The notes beneath the pieces are model-generated. The model searched no databases. It worked only from the letters and a program-made list of their open reading frames with translations, and was not told where the DNA came from. DNA of 48,925 nucleotides from Malacoraja senta (lineage: Eukaryota): NCBI GenBank assembly GCA_038087875.1, contig CM075988.1, forward strand, positions 27,902,001 to 27,950,925. The letters are read 5' to 3'. Shown here piece after piece: positions 1-12,263 of this stretch (its first letter is position 1; every line of letters begins with the position of its first letter). The position numbers and the translations under genes are program-made.

Positions 1-120
1 AGGTCACGGGGAGAACGTACAAACTCCGTACAGACAGCACCCATGGTCGGGATCGAACCCGGTCTCCGGCACTGCATGCGCTGCAAGGCAGCAACTCTAC
101 CGCTGTGCCACCGTGGCCGC
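1..120 (-). mobile_element. tRNA-derived V-SINE (HE1-like), 5' part, cut by window edge
   Basis: Minus strand has A-box TGGCACAGCGG, B-box GGTTCGATCCC and the V-domain TGTACGGAGTTTGTACGTTCTCCCCGTGACCT; homologous copies at 31438, 43378 and 44383. Confidence 0.85.
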
Positions 121-1857
121 TCTAAGGCCCTTTTAGATGAATATATTGCACCATTTTCACATGTTTTATGCAGTACCATCAAAAATATCTTCGCAAGCAT
201 TCAGAGCTTAAAACCAGATTGTATTTTAATAAATGGCTTGATAAATCTAAGTGTATCAAGATGATTTGCTCCCGTTTAAATGTGAGTACCCTACAGAAGT
301 TTGAAATTTTCGAGTTTCTGAAGGTTATCATATTAGTGTCAGATGGAGATTTGTGCAAATAGAACTTTCCTGTTTGACCTCTACAACTAATAGAGTATCC
401 TATAGTTCACCGTTGATGTCTGATATTGTGCCTGGGTAGGAAGACTCCAATGAATTGTTTGTAAAATAAACATTTGGTAAGATGAGGTATTTTCTATGAG
501 ATGTTGTTTCCTGTCTGATTTGTTTTAATTTTAAGAAACCAGCTGATTCCATTTCCACATCATTTTGAATTTAATTGAATAAGTTTTATAGGTGTTTTGG
601 TATCAAAATTAAATGGAATAATTGAACAAGCAAACATAATCTCCACTTAACAAAAAATGAGAACCACTTGAAGAATGCCTGTCTGAATACTCCAGCTTTG
701 AATCTACAGACTATTTGTTGTCATGGAGACAATTCCTGGGGCAATTGCTTTGAATGGTGTCAGTAAACAGGAAGCTAGGCCTTGCTCCGCAATCATTCTA
801 TTACAGGAAAGCATTGATAAAAGTTCCATTATGCAATGGGAAATGAGCCCTTGAGAAAGAGAAGCTGAAAGATAAGTGGAAACGGAATGGTCTGAAGTAC
901 AAAAGATTTGTAAATAGTTGAAGAAAATCTTGCAATAATATGCATTGAAAAGTATGATTATTTAAACTTCAACCCTGTTTTAACTTGCCATCTTGTAAAT
1001 CATGCTTACTTGAATATGAAAAAATTCTCATGTTAATTCTCCCTCAGTTGTGTTATAGTGAAATGCCTCTGGTAACGCAACTTACTCCTCAAGAGGAATT
1101 TGGGGATTTTTTATAAATCATCCACCTGTGTTTGCCAAATCATGACAGACATTTAAACCCAGTTCTTGAATTGATGTAAAGTGTAGCACCGCTGGAGTCC
1201 AGTGAATCAGAGGCACAGTTGTGCTGTTTTTGGTATCAATCAGAGGAAGGCAATTGGAGGTCATAAACGTTTTACAGGATCTAAGTCGTTCAGACGATTA
1301 GTCATGTGGTCTACATAATGACACTTTGCAGTGTGTCATTATGTGGTCTACATAATGACATGCAGCAATTAGGCCGAAGAATTTGTTGAACAATTATAAA
1401 ATCATTACAATCAATAGAGAAATGGAAAAAAAGTTGATATAATAGTTGAAAATTGTTCAGAATAAAAAGCATGTTGAATGTAGTTAAGCGCTTGTTCATA
1501 CTAGCGGCTGTTTATTTGTTGCAGCATTTAAGGCATAATTGGAGGTCCCATTCTTTGAGGCAATATTTTGGGTATACTCAGGAGAATTATCGTAATATTC
1601 TACACAATGTTTAACCTTCAACCAATATCATTGAAAACACTTTGTCCAATACTATCTGTGGGACAATGTTTTGTGCTTGCTGACCACCATGTGTTGTACA
1701 TTACAAAGTATGTTGTAAGTGAGCTTGGTAGCATCATTTTGCACTATATATTTCCTCAGTGTTCCCTAGAAGTTTTGCAAATACTATTCGATGAGAGTGT
1801 TAGCATGGGTAATGAACATTTATTTGATGTATACAGAGCAAGCAAACCAGGACCTCA

Positions 1858-1980
1858 GGGTACACAAAAATGCTGGAGAAACTCAGCGTGTGCAGCAGCA
1901 TCTATGGAGCGAAGGAAATAGGTAACGTTTCGGGCCGAAACCCTTCTTCAGACTGATAGGGGGTGGGGAGAAGAAAGGAG
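1858..1980 (-). mobile_element. Penelope-like element terminal fragment with hammerhead core
   Basis: Same family as 20891 and 45491. Minus strand reads CTGAAGAAGGGTTTCGGCCCGAAACGTT. Flanked by perfect direct repeat AACCAGGACCTCA (1845-1857, 1981-1993). Confidence 0.75.
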
Positions 1981-2112
1981 AACCAGGACCTCAAACTGAT
2001 TTAATGCCAAATCTGCTTTTTCAGAGGCGAGTACACCAATAAGATGCGCTTAACATTTCACTGCTGAAGTCGTGATCAGTAACACGAAGGACCATTCAGT
2101 GAGATCACAGCT

Positions 2113-2675
2113 TCAAGTCAAGTCAACTTTATTTGTCACATACACATACAAGATGTGCAGTGAAATGAAAGTAGCAATGCCTGCGGATTGTGCAAAAACT
2201 ATAGAACAGAATAGAACAGAATCAGTATTTACATGTTAGAACCAATTTTTTTACAAAAGACACAACACAACAGTAAATTAGTACAGTAAATTAGTCCCTG
2301 GTGAGATAAGAGTTTACAGTTCTGATGGCCTGTGGGAAGAAACTCCGTCTCATCCTCACTGTTCTTACAGCATGACAGCGGAGGCATTTGCCTGACCGTA
2401 GCAGCTGGAACAGTCCGTTGCTGGGGTCCCCCATAATGTTGCTGGCTCTGGATCTGCACCTCCTGGTGTATAGGTCCTGCAGGGTGGCGAGTGAAGTTCC
2501 CATAGTGCATTCGGCTGAACGCACTACTCTCTGCAGAGCCTTCCGATCCTGGGCAGAGCTGTTCCCAAACCAGTTTGTGATGTTGCCGGACAAAATGCTT
2601 TCTTCAGCCCCAGAGTAGAAGCACTGAAGGATCCTCAGAGAGACTCTGAATTTCCTCAGCTGCCTGAGGTGGTAA
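2113..2675 (-). mobile_element. Rex1/Babar-clade LINE, 5'-truncated 3' end
   Basis: ORF 2291-2737 contains ESILSGNITNWFGNSSAQDRKALQRVVRSAE...RRSFFPQAIR, typical of the Rex1 ORF C-terminus; minus strand ends AATAAAGTTGACTTGACTTGA. Confidence 0.8.
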
Positions 2676-3343
2676 AAGCTTACATGCTGCCATGGAACAA
2701 ATGTAAGAAGGAGATTAATTTCTGCAGGCAAGCACAATTAAAGATAAATCTGCACAATCTGGATTGACAAAATTGAAGACATTGAGATAAAAAAAAGCTA
2801 CATCTTTTGATTGACACAGATTTGTTGAAATCGTAGCATAGTGAAGGTGATGTTCATCGAGTTGCTGATGAAATGAAATTAATACTGCGATTCAGGGAAC
2901 AGTAGGTGGTGACTGAGGAGGACCCCAGTGATAGCTTTTGGGAATCCCTGGTCCAAGGTAGCTCAAACAGGATGGCATTGAGATCCTTGGTTCAATGGTT
3001 TGGGGGGCATTCAGAATTCAAGGTAAGTGATGGAAAGAGCATGCCACCTTGCCATGTTATTCATTCATTTGTCCCTTCAAGAACCTCCTGACTCTGGTGA
3101 CAAAGTGTGCAGGTCCCACATTAACCTGAGCAATTAAAGAACCAGAGCAGAAGGAAATGATCCTTGATCCTGTGGGACTGCTTAGGAAGTATGTCAGTTG
3201 CCACATAGTTGATTGGTTCCCATTTTTAAGTCAGAAGGTAGTGTATCCATGTCCTACTTGAGCAACAAAAAAGTCGCAAATGCAAATGCAAAAAGATTGT
3301 TGAAACAATTGAAGGACTGACTTTTGAATCGGGTATTAAATTG

Positions 3344-3357
3344 TGACCTTTTGACCT
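3344..3357 (-). promoter_or_regulatory. Perfect nuclear-receptor DR2 motif AGGTCA-AA-AGGTCA
   Basis: + strand TGACCTTTTGACCT; motif seen directly, function untested. Confidence 0.3.
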
Positions 3358-4641
3358 CTCTTAACAGACCACCGAGTTCTCTCCATTTATGGGCCAATGT
3401 TCATAATTCAATCGACATAAGATTATATTCCTAATCTTGTGTGCCAGTTGACAGCCTTATACCCACTTTAAAGTAGCAATCAAAATCAAATTGAAGAAGA
3501 TTATACTTCAAATACAAACTTTTTAATGGTATTAACTAAAACATCATAGTTGTTAAATAATTTTGTTACGAATAATAGTTTTTATGTTTCAGCGGGTCCA
3601 TATGTTGTGCATCCTCATATTTCATGCCAATGTTTTCATTGTCATTCATTTATTTCCTTAATTTAAAATAGTTTAGGCTGTGTCAATTTAGAATTATAAT
3701 GTCATAGTGAAAACCATATTGAGTAACCGTATAATTGGAATGAGTTTGGGCAAGAAGTTCACATGATAGGGATGGGCACCTTTATTTCCAAATTCCAGAT
3801 GATTTAAAAATATCTAAATAACGAAAATAAAATTTGAAATGAAGTAAACAGTTTGCAAATTGGGAGGTCAAAAAGTTTATTCTCAAAGATTAACTGATCT
3901 GTTAAAAAATAATGCGATCCCCTTAGGTCCAGGAATGTTTTCTACATCCGTATTTTCAGTAGTTGAATCTAATAGTTCATTGATGGATTTTGTGTGCCAA
4001 CTAAACTTTGGTGTGAGTTCTTGATCATGCAGAGAAAGGCATTGAGCAGAATACCAAGCAACAGGCTTAGAAATGGGAAAATTGTTTGTTCTTCATTCAA
4101 GCATTCTTCAATGTCAAAATAAATCTTGGTTCTGCTTGACAAATACATACATAAAATCTTGTTTCAGTTAAGGGGACCATAAAACATAAAACAACCATCT
4201 GTGCTTCCTTCAGGGAAGAAAATCACACATACATTTTTGATCTGGCCTATATATGATACCATTTACAACAATGTGATTGGCTCAACTGCCTTCTGAAATG
4301 ATCTTGCAAACCTTTTGGTTGCATTATAATCGCTGCATAAAAAATGAATATGAATAAAATAGGATGGACACTTGGCATCTACCAAGATGCAGGTCCTTTA
4401 TAGCTTACATACATCTGACTTGTATAGAGCCTCGACATAAATTGGCATTTCTCATGCTGGCGGTATGGATTTCCAGCTGCTGTGGGACTGCAGACATCAT
4501 CTGACATGGGGATTGTTTACTGCCACATTTCAACGTGATCTGTTTGGGTTACGAATAGTTCACAGGAACTCTGCTGTAATCTGGGGAAGACCTGAACTGA
4601 ATTTTGATATTGATTGTTAGTTGTCAGCCCAGTTAACTGTA

Positions 4642-4762
4642 GACTTTAGAAATATCGTGCGGAAACAGGCCTTTCGCCCACCGAGTGTGTGCCGACCAGC
4701 AATCACTAGTACTAACTTACACAATAGGGACAATTTATCATTTTACTGAAGCCAATTAACCT
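4642..4762 (-). mobile_element. HE1-like SINE 3' fragment
   Basis: GGAAACAGGCCTTTCGCCCACCGAG...GGGACAATTT...GAAGCCAATTAACCTA matches 43400-43505. Confidence 0.7.
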
Positions 4763-5469
4763 ATATATGTAATCAAATAAGTAGATGTTTTCATGATGCA
4801 TTTCAGTGGTTCCTGAGCTAAGCCACACTTAATTTGGGAAGTTTATTTAAAGCTATGTTATGAGTGTACATATAATACCAAATTATTTTATGACATAAAA
4901 CAATAATACAGTAATTCACAACAAGAGCCATTGCCACTGATAGACGCCTGTTAATGCTAGGTAGCATTTGTACTATTTCTGTAATCTCTAAGCACTTTGA
5001 CTAAGATTTTATTTTTAGCAAACATATACTGGGACATGTCTTGATAGCCAGGAGTAAGTACCACTGGTTTTCATCTGGTCAAATGTCATGAATTCTCTGA
5101 CTTTCAAACCTGCATTGTAGGGATTGGTGCTGTATCTGTCATTGTGCTCTTGTAGCTGGACACATTCTTGCTGAGGTTCCCTAGGATTTGATGCTGTGCT
5201 GTACCTCTTTGATTTTATACTGATTCAGGATCAACAGCTCTATTGATATCCAAGAGTATTTTAAGTCTATGGAATAGGAGGTAAAGGGAATGTAACTATA
5301 TTAACCACAATTATTTTACATTAGTTTAATATTTTTAATTATTTCTAAGTATTTTGTTTATTTTTTTAGTTCTAATTTTTATTTTTCAATTCATTATCTC
5401 AATTTTAAGAAGATTTCTCAGTGATGGGGAAAATATAAGCATTGTTAGGTTTAGGAAGCTGAAATTAGA

Positions 5470-6412
5470 CAAAGCCTTTGAACAGAAAAAAAGCAGGAAA
5501 TAACTCAAGCAGGGAATTGGAAGGGCCAGAAGAGACCATGATTTGTCATTGGTAAATCAGATTACAGGTAATCCACAAGGTTTTTAAACATACATTAAAA
5601 ACAAGAGGGTAATTTGAGAGAAGGCAATATCACTCAAGGATAAAGGAAAGGCTTTATCCTTGTAGTTGGAGGATGTACGGCGGTACTAAATGAGTACTTG
5701 CATTGGTATTCACGAAGAAGGGGATGGATGATAGTAGGACCAGTGAGGTATACAAATATGCTAGGGCATTTTAGGATCAAGAAAGTAGTGGTGTTGAATC
5801 TCTTGAAGAGCATTATTGTGAATAAATCCTCAGAACCTGATGGGATCCATCCCTGAATAATGATGGAGGCAAGAGACAGGTTTTCTGGGGCCTTGATGGA
5901 AGATCTTTGTATTCTGTCCAGCTGCTGATGAGGTTCCAGAGGCCTAGAGAACGGTTCCTTTGTTTAAGAAAGGAAATAGTAATAATTCAGGAAATTATAG
6001 GATATGGAGCTTCACGTCAGTGGGAAGGAACATATTGGTAAGGATTCTCATTGATAAGATCGCTTGCATTTCGAAGAGTATTGACTAAATTGGGACTGTT
6101 AGTATGGTTTTGTCTGGGGCACGTCAAGTCTTATAAACTTGATTGACCTTTATGAGGAGGTGAGAAATGTGATTGATGAGGGTAGGGCAATGGTTATTGG
6201 CTGCATATACTTTATTAAGGCATTTGATAAGGTCCCTCTCAGTAGGCTGATTTGGAAGATTAAAATGCTAGGAATACAAAGTAATTTGATCGTTTGGATT
6301 AAGAACTGTTTTACCTTTAGAAGACAAAAAGTAGTGGTGGAAGTGTGTTGTTCTATGACCATAGTGAGGACTATGACCAGTGGTATTCTACAGAGATTTA
6401 TGTTGGGACCTT
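5470..6412 (+). mobile_element. CR1-clade LINE ORF2 (reverse transcriptase) remnant
   Basis: ORF 6139-6444 reads VIDEGRAMVIGCIYFIKAFDKVPLSRLIWKI...WIKNCFTFRRQKVVVE...TSGILQRFMLGPL, a decayed KAFDKV / SGVPQGSVLGP; upstream frames are broken. Confidence 0.85.
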
Positions 6413-6415
6413 TAT

Positions 6416-6597
6416 GCAGGAAGGATCTGCAGATACTGGTTTAAACTGAAGATAAACACAAAATGCTGGAGTAACTCAGCGGGACAGGCAGCATCTCTGG
6501 AGAGAAGGAATGGGAGACGTATCAGGTTGAGACCCGCAACATCATCCATTCCTTCTCTCAAGAGATGCTGCCTGTTCCGCTGAGTTACTCCAGCATT
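6416..6597. mobile_element. Fold-back Penelope-like terminal fragment
   Basis: ATGCTGGAGTAACTCAGCGGGACAGGCAGCATCTC is followed by its near reverse complement GAGATGCTGCCTGTTCCGCTGAGTTACTCCAGCAT. Confidence 0.75.
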
Positions 6598-7429
6598 ATT
6601 ATCCAGCATAATAATCATAGGTTGGTAAGAGGAGAGAATAATACCTGCATTTATGATTTATTATTTAGTTGTGGTTTCATAATCGGGCTATTATACATTC
6701 CTTTCCACATTCTGGAAACAATTTTACCAGGGTTTATCACCAACAAGAAAACATTTTTTTTTTAATGTTGGAAGTGAAAAAAACATTGGGCAAATGATAA
6801 CTGATGACCTGCTGTTATTATTATTAAAAAATAGAGCTTAATATCACTTGAACTGACAAATATATTGCGATATAACTTTTCCAGATCTCTGCCTATTAAA
6901 ATAGAATATATTGTAGATTATATATTGAAAATTACTACGTTCTCATTTCCAACATATTTGCAATAATCATTTGAATCTATGTGATTTGGATTTCTTAAAA
7001 ACATTGATTGGTACAACGAGCAATCTATATACTTAAAATATTTGGAACATCCTGGTCACTTAAAGGTTTGCTGAATCATCGAAAATTAGTCAATTATCCC
7101 AAGGCTGTTCAGGGAGTAATGTTACCATCTGGCAGTCTCTCAGGAACACAGAATTTTTCAATTTTCAGATTATGTTTGTTAGTTGGTCACAATGGGTGTT
7201 TGAAAAGCCGGCATGAATAGGCCTCATTCCCCCCCTGAGATACGAAGGAAAATCTCAGCCGAGATTTCTGTTCCTGAATGATAGGAAGTGACCTCTGTTG
7301 CATGTGTGTCTTGTAGCACGAGGCTCAGCTGTGTTGTATCAGGGGTGATTAGATCATCAGGCCATAAAGATGTGCAAAATCCTTTCATCTCAAGTATTCG
7401 TCATAATCTTTGTGGAAGTTTTACTAAAT

Positions 7430-7630
7430 ACATGACAGGGGAAATTAAGGCGTTGGTCAAAAACACAAAGGATGCATGGGACAGGTATGGCAGCTGGGAT
7501 CAAGTGCATCCCGAGAGGAATTTTGGGAACTAAGGAGTAAACTGAAAAAGGAGATCAGAAGGGCAAAAAGGGGCAAGGAGATAGCTCTCGCGGGTAGCAT
7601 TAAGGACAATCGCAAAATATTTTATACATG
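7430..7630 (+). mobile_element. CR1 LINE ORF2 fragment (endonuclease-RT linker)
   Basis: Peptide ELRSKLKKEIRRAKRGKEIALAGSIKDNRKIFY, typical of CR1 (IK.NPK.FY). Confidence 0.75.
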
Positions 7631-7631
7631 T

Positions 7632-8046
7632 ACGAGACTAAGTGGGAAGCCTGGTCCCTCAAAGCAACCTGTTCCCCAATGCAATATTCCACCACTCACC
7701 CGTTCCCCCAATGCAACCCGTCCCCCCAACGCAATATTGCACCACTCATGCACAGCCCCCAACTGCGCAGGCAGTGCTCATTTCCCCTCATCCCCCAGCA
7801 CTCCCTCCCACTCCTCTTCACCCTCCTCCCTCTTCTTTCCCCTCTCCTCCGCCCCACCCACAATCCCTCCCTCACCTCTCCCTCCCTCTCCTTTCCCCTA
7901 CCCTCAGTCACTCCCTGCCTCCATCCATAAAAAGCAGAATCTGCAGTTCCTTCCCCCACAGGTCATTCATTGTTAGCTGTGGTTTAGATCCCGTTGACTT
8001 GACGATTGGACCAGTTTGCATTGTGTGTTTGTGTGTGTGTGTGTGA
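7632..8046 (-). mobile_element. Possible non-autonomous Helitron-like element
   Basis: Minus-strand end GGGACCAGGCTTCCCACTTAGTCTCGT resembles a decayed hairpin plus CTAGT terminus; internal repeat CAATATT(C/G)CACCACTCA, a C/T-rich tract and (TG)n. Confidence 0.3.
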
Positions 8047-8049
8047 GTT

Positions 8050-8408
8050 ACTCATGAGAGGAATTGATCGGGTAGATGCACAGAGTCTCTTGCCCAGAGT
8101 AGAGGAATCGAGGACCAGAGGACGTAAGTTCAAGGTGAAGGGGAAAAGATTTAATAAGAATCTGAGGGGTAACTTTTTCACACAAAGGGTGGTCGGTGTA
8201 TGGAACAAGCTGCCAGAGGAGGTAGTTGAGGCTGCGACTATCCCATCATTTAAGAAACAGTTAGACGGGTACATGGGTAGGACAGGTTTGGAGGGATATG
8301 GATCAAGCGCTGGCAAGTGGGACTAGTGTAGCTGGGACATTGTTGGCCGGTGTGGGCAATTTGGGCCGACGGGGCCAGGTTCTACACTGTATCACTCTAT
8401 GACTCTAT
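8050..8408 (+). mobile_element. CR1 (HER1-like) LINE 3' end, well preserved
   Basis: MRGIDRVD...RTRGRKFKVKGKRF..NLRGNFFTQRVVGVWNKLPEEVVEA...GKWD* then 3' UTR ending CTCTATGACTCTA. Confidence 0.9.
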
Positions 8409-8794
8409 TACTTATTCCCACATATATTGTGCAGGTCACCGCGCCCAGCTCAGCTCTCTTCTGTGCAATTTAAGTCCAGTGAAATGAAGATGGGGTTTTG
8501 ATGGTACAATATACATAGCAAAAAAGTATTGATCATTTTGAAGTATCAAAATAAAAGAGAGATGAGAGAAATTTGGCTTAAAACCCGGAAACGAATGGAT
8601 GAGGCTGCAATGCTAGAACATATATTGATAGTATATGATGTAATGTTCAGCCACTGTTTGAACAAAATGTCAGGTTTTGGCACAAACAGCTGACTGGACA
8701 GGGAGTAGGGTGAGTGGGAATGGGTGAAGGATAAACAGTGATTGTACTCTCTATACTGTTTTATCATTTGATGCCAAGAAGCAGCCTGACGCAT

Positions 8795-9935
8795 GGAGTC
8801 ATAGAATTAGCAAAACACAAGAGGAATACATTTTTCTATCTGGTCAAGGCCACTATTTGTTGAAGAATATCTAATTGGCCTCATTTCCAACTCTTTTTGT
8901 ACATTTTTTTTTTCTTTCAATTATTTATCTAATTCCTTTAAAAAGCCATGACTGAACCTGCTTTCTTCACCCTTCCGGGCAGAATGTTGCAGATCATTCA
9001 CAGTATGAATATTTTCACTTAATACTTTCCTTTTGCTTGCCAATCAATGTAAATCTATACCTACTGCTGCTTGACCCATCTATTATAGGAAACAGTTCCT
9101 CAGTATTTATTTTATCTTCATGACCTTGAACACAAAATATCTCAAGTCTACATTTTTCATTCTAAATGCAATCACCCTACCTTCCCAGTTTATCCACATA
9201 ACTCAATTCCCTCATCCTTGGAACTATCTTGGTAAATTGTTTCTATACCCAAAAAAACTTGTCTTGAATACAGTTTTTTAGATTTGATTTTCTTGCTAAA
9301 ACGTGTTACATTTTTAGGCATAAACTGTAATCTTCTAAATGCGCCCTCATTCCAGTATTGCCTCTCTATGTCCTCTTGATGTCCAACATTAACCCCCTCA
9401 CTGTTTACTGGATTTCCAAGTTTTGTCTTCTGCACAATCCAAAATGTTTCCCAGTACATTCAGTGCAGAGTTATACATAAATGAAAGCTATATCCAAGGA
9501 AAAATCTTCAGGGAACAACATTGTAAACCTATTCCTTTACAAAAAAAAGCAGTCACCACCATTCTGTTTCCTGTTCCTAAGCCAATTTTATTGAGCAGTT
9601 TATTCCATAGGATTAAATTTTGCTGACAGGATTTATCAAACACCTTTTAAATATTTTTCCATGACATCAACTACATTATCTTTATTTGTTCTCTCTTAAC
9701 TGATCAGTACTTTCAAATAATTACTTAGACATTTGCCTTCAACAAATGTTACGCTTTATTATTGTACACATGTCCAAAGGACAGTAATTGTTGTCTTTTA
9801 TTATATCTAGCAGTTTTCCAACTTCGGAATTTTGAGTGCTTGGCCTGTGGTTGCTGATTTTATCCTTGCATCCTTGTTTGGACATGCATATGGAATTTGT
9901 AATTTTCCAGTCCTCTGGGATTATCATTATCATCA
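8795..9935 (-). mobile_element. Old, decayed CR1 LINE
   Basis: Minus-strand peptides IPEDWKITN...NHRP...VGKLL (9739-9978) and TKLGNPVNSE...QEDI (9190-9459). Confidence 0.6.
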
Positions 9936-10697
9936 CCAACTCCTCCAACATTGCATCCTGGAGCATCTGATGTCCCATCCCTCTGCAAATTTCATCTACT
10001 TTTTTAGTATCTCATCTGATCCTGGTGACCCTTCTACTGAAAGTTCAACTACCTTTCCAGTACAATATTTCATAGAAGAGTTTCAAAAAGTATTTGATAA
10101 TTTGCTGTGGTGATTATGAAAAGGTCTCACGAGCTTGAGGTAATATATTAACATGTAGTAATGCAGAGTTAGAATCGATGAGTCATGTTCAGCTTGGCAT
10201 GCTGTTATAGTTGCAGATTCACAGGATTCAGCTATTTAAAATCCATATTACAGCAGATGAAAGAACAAAATATATATCTTAGGTTTTCTGTCATAGGATG
10301 CAATGTGAGAAAGTGACCTGTGGTCAAATTGTCACCTATTATGCAGCATAATTCTAAATGTCTATCAGTTTCTTGCTTGTATCATGTGTTCCTATTCAAT
10401 TTTGTTAGCTTTTCTTGATCATAAACCTTACCACGAAACGTCATCTGTCCGTTTCCTGCTGCAAATACCTGACCTCCTGAATTCTTGCACTTTATTTTTG
10501 CTTAAAAACTCTCCTGAATAAACATACTTGAATATTAAAAGCAATGCTTAATATTTTATTAATTGATGTAAGTGGTTTATGTTACTGTTCATTCAACAAT
10601 TTACTATTTTGATTGAACAAAATTCCAGCTGCTTCATTTGCTTTGATACTAAAGGCTGCGTGATGCTTTTTCATCTCCACAACTGCCATACTATTTT

Positions 10698-10924
10698 AGA
10701 CACAAAGTGCTGGAGTAACTAGCGGGTCAGGCAGCATCTCTGGAAAAAAAGGATGGGTGCTGTTTCGAGTCCGGACCCTTCTTCAGGCCTAAAACATCAG
10801 TCCCGACCCAAAACGGCACCCATCTTTTTTTTTTTCTCCAGAGATGCTGCCTGACCCGCTGAATTACTCCAGCACTTTGTGTCTATATTTGCTATAAACT
10901 AGCATCTGCAGTTCTTTCTTTCTA
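10698..10924. mobile_element. Fold-back Penelope-like terminal fragment
   Basis: Inverted arms AGACACAAAGTGCTGGAGTAA / TTACTCCAGCACTTTGTGTCT; flanking duplication CCATACTATTTT (10686-10697) / CCATGCTATTTT (10925-10936). Confidence 0.8.
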
Positions 10925-11639
10925 CCATGCTATTTTTATTTGGAAATAATATTACACAAAAATAAGCTACTGTCTCAAGAAATGTACAGCCTCAATTATA
11001 AAAGCTTGGACTGATAGAAGCATGAACTGAGTTTATAAGATGGCTGCATGAAAGATTGAGGGTGTGAATTAATGTTGTCCCAGTTGATAGCACAGATCTT
11101 TAAAAACAGACAGTCATTCTACTGAACATTCTACGAAGGAATGAGCTGTTAAATCAATCTCAAATCTAGGGAAAACCAAAATAGTTTCATGCGTTATGAA
11201 GTACTTAATTCTGATACATTTTATATAAAGCACTATTATTGGTATAAGATAAGTGTAGCTATATAAAGCTCAGGGCATATAATTTGAACATGCCAAGCTA
11301 ATTAAGAACAAACTGAAATCTGATGTCTGATTATTTGAACTGAATCTCTGATATCCTCCATTGCATAAAGTACCCTCTTTAATTCTCATGTCCGTAAGAT
11401 TGCAAAGCAAAATGTAGTTCTTCATCCTTGAGAGGAAAACTGCACCAAATCTTGTCATTGCTATATAAAAACAACTTGCAATCAGCAAATGTATGGCATT
11501 CTTTTGCATTCCAATTGCTCAATGCAGTCAATTTTTTTATTTGAATGCATTTGGATTATGTCATACTCATAGTCACTATACTTAAATAGACAGTATTTCA
11601 CTTTATTGTAATGGACCAAGAAACAGTAATACAATAACA

Positions 11640-12240
11640 TTGATTACCTTTTCCTTTCATGCTCTGCATTAGACGTGATAGCATATTAGTTCCTGTGTGA
11701 AAAATCCCATTCAATATCAGTATGAGAGTAAAATTTGTAGTGATGAGTGATCCAAAGGTACTGGCTGAGAAGCACATCTGATCCTCTATATGCAGCATTT
11801 TGGCATTGATTAAGAGATTACACTTAAGCTCCCACCAGCGATTTCCAGTGATGTGCTCTGTAGCTGGCTGCACCCAGTCCATTTAATCTTTTACTCGTTG
11901 AGGGCATAGCATAGGAAGGCGGATGGTGGTGCGTCCATGAATTTTTACTGTGGTGCTCAGCTCTTGTCAGCCTGCTTCAGTCAGCTGTGCTCGTTGTAGA
12001 ATGACAGCAGCAGAGTTTGAAGCTGCAGGCTGTGTGAATACAGAACTGCATACAGAACTGCTGGCAGTGACGAAGTGTCAATTGAAGGTGAGGCACTTGT
12101 CTCGCTTTATAGCACAGGTTGGGGAGCTCTGCTACATTTGTGAATGAGCACTCGCTATTGTGTATTACAATGTCGTGGATCCATCAGCCTGATGTTTGGG
12201 GAGAACGGACTATGGGTGTTCGATGCTCTTTACTGTACTG
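11640..12240 (+). promoter_or_regulatory. Putative promoter and 5' UTR of the GRAMD1B MKGFKL first exon
   Basis: Stretch with no recognisable repeats directly upstream of the ATG exon; the TSS cannot be placed from sequence. Confidence 0.45.
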
Positions 12241-12263
12241 ATGAAAGGTTTCAAGCTTGCATG
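12241..12263 (+). CDS. GRAMD1B: GRAMD1B (protein Aster-B) alternative first coding exon, MKGFKLA(C), phase 2
   Basis: ATG AAA GGT TTC AAG CTT GCA TG followed by consensus donor GTAAGT at 12264. Matches the recalled vertebrate GRAMD1B N-terminus MKGFKLSC-TASNSNRSTP. An in-frame ATG at 12223 would add MLFTVL. The call rests on only 8 codons plus the donor. Confidence 0.75.

Noticed and set aside
40..120. tRNA-like sequence with A and B boxes (also 43600-43673 and 44383-44455)
   Set aside because: SINE heads followed by the V-domain, not tRNA genes.
1568..1921. 117-aa ORF, and similar 90-120 aa ORFs at 23411 and 24116
   Set aside because: Non-ATG starts, no recognisable domain; the first ends in a Penelope repeat.
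3352..3367. Possible LXR DR4 element TGACCT-CTCT-TAACAG
   Set aside because: Second half-site has two mismatches to TAACCY; too weak.
7476..8046. Three overlapping Pro/Ser/Leu-rich ORFs of 100-166 aa
   Set aside because: They arise from a C/T-rich low-complexity tract fused to a CR1 fragment; no gene structure.
12144..12263. Alternative reading MSTRY...MFGENGLWVFDALYCTDERFQACM as the real first exon
   Set aside because: Phase 0 and not recognisable; the MKGFKLAC frame matches a known protein. Kept only as an overlapping uORF.
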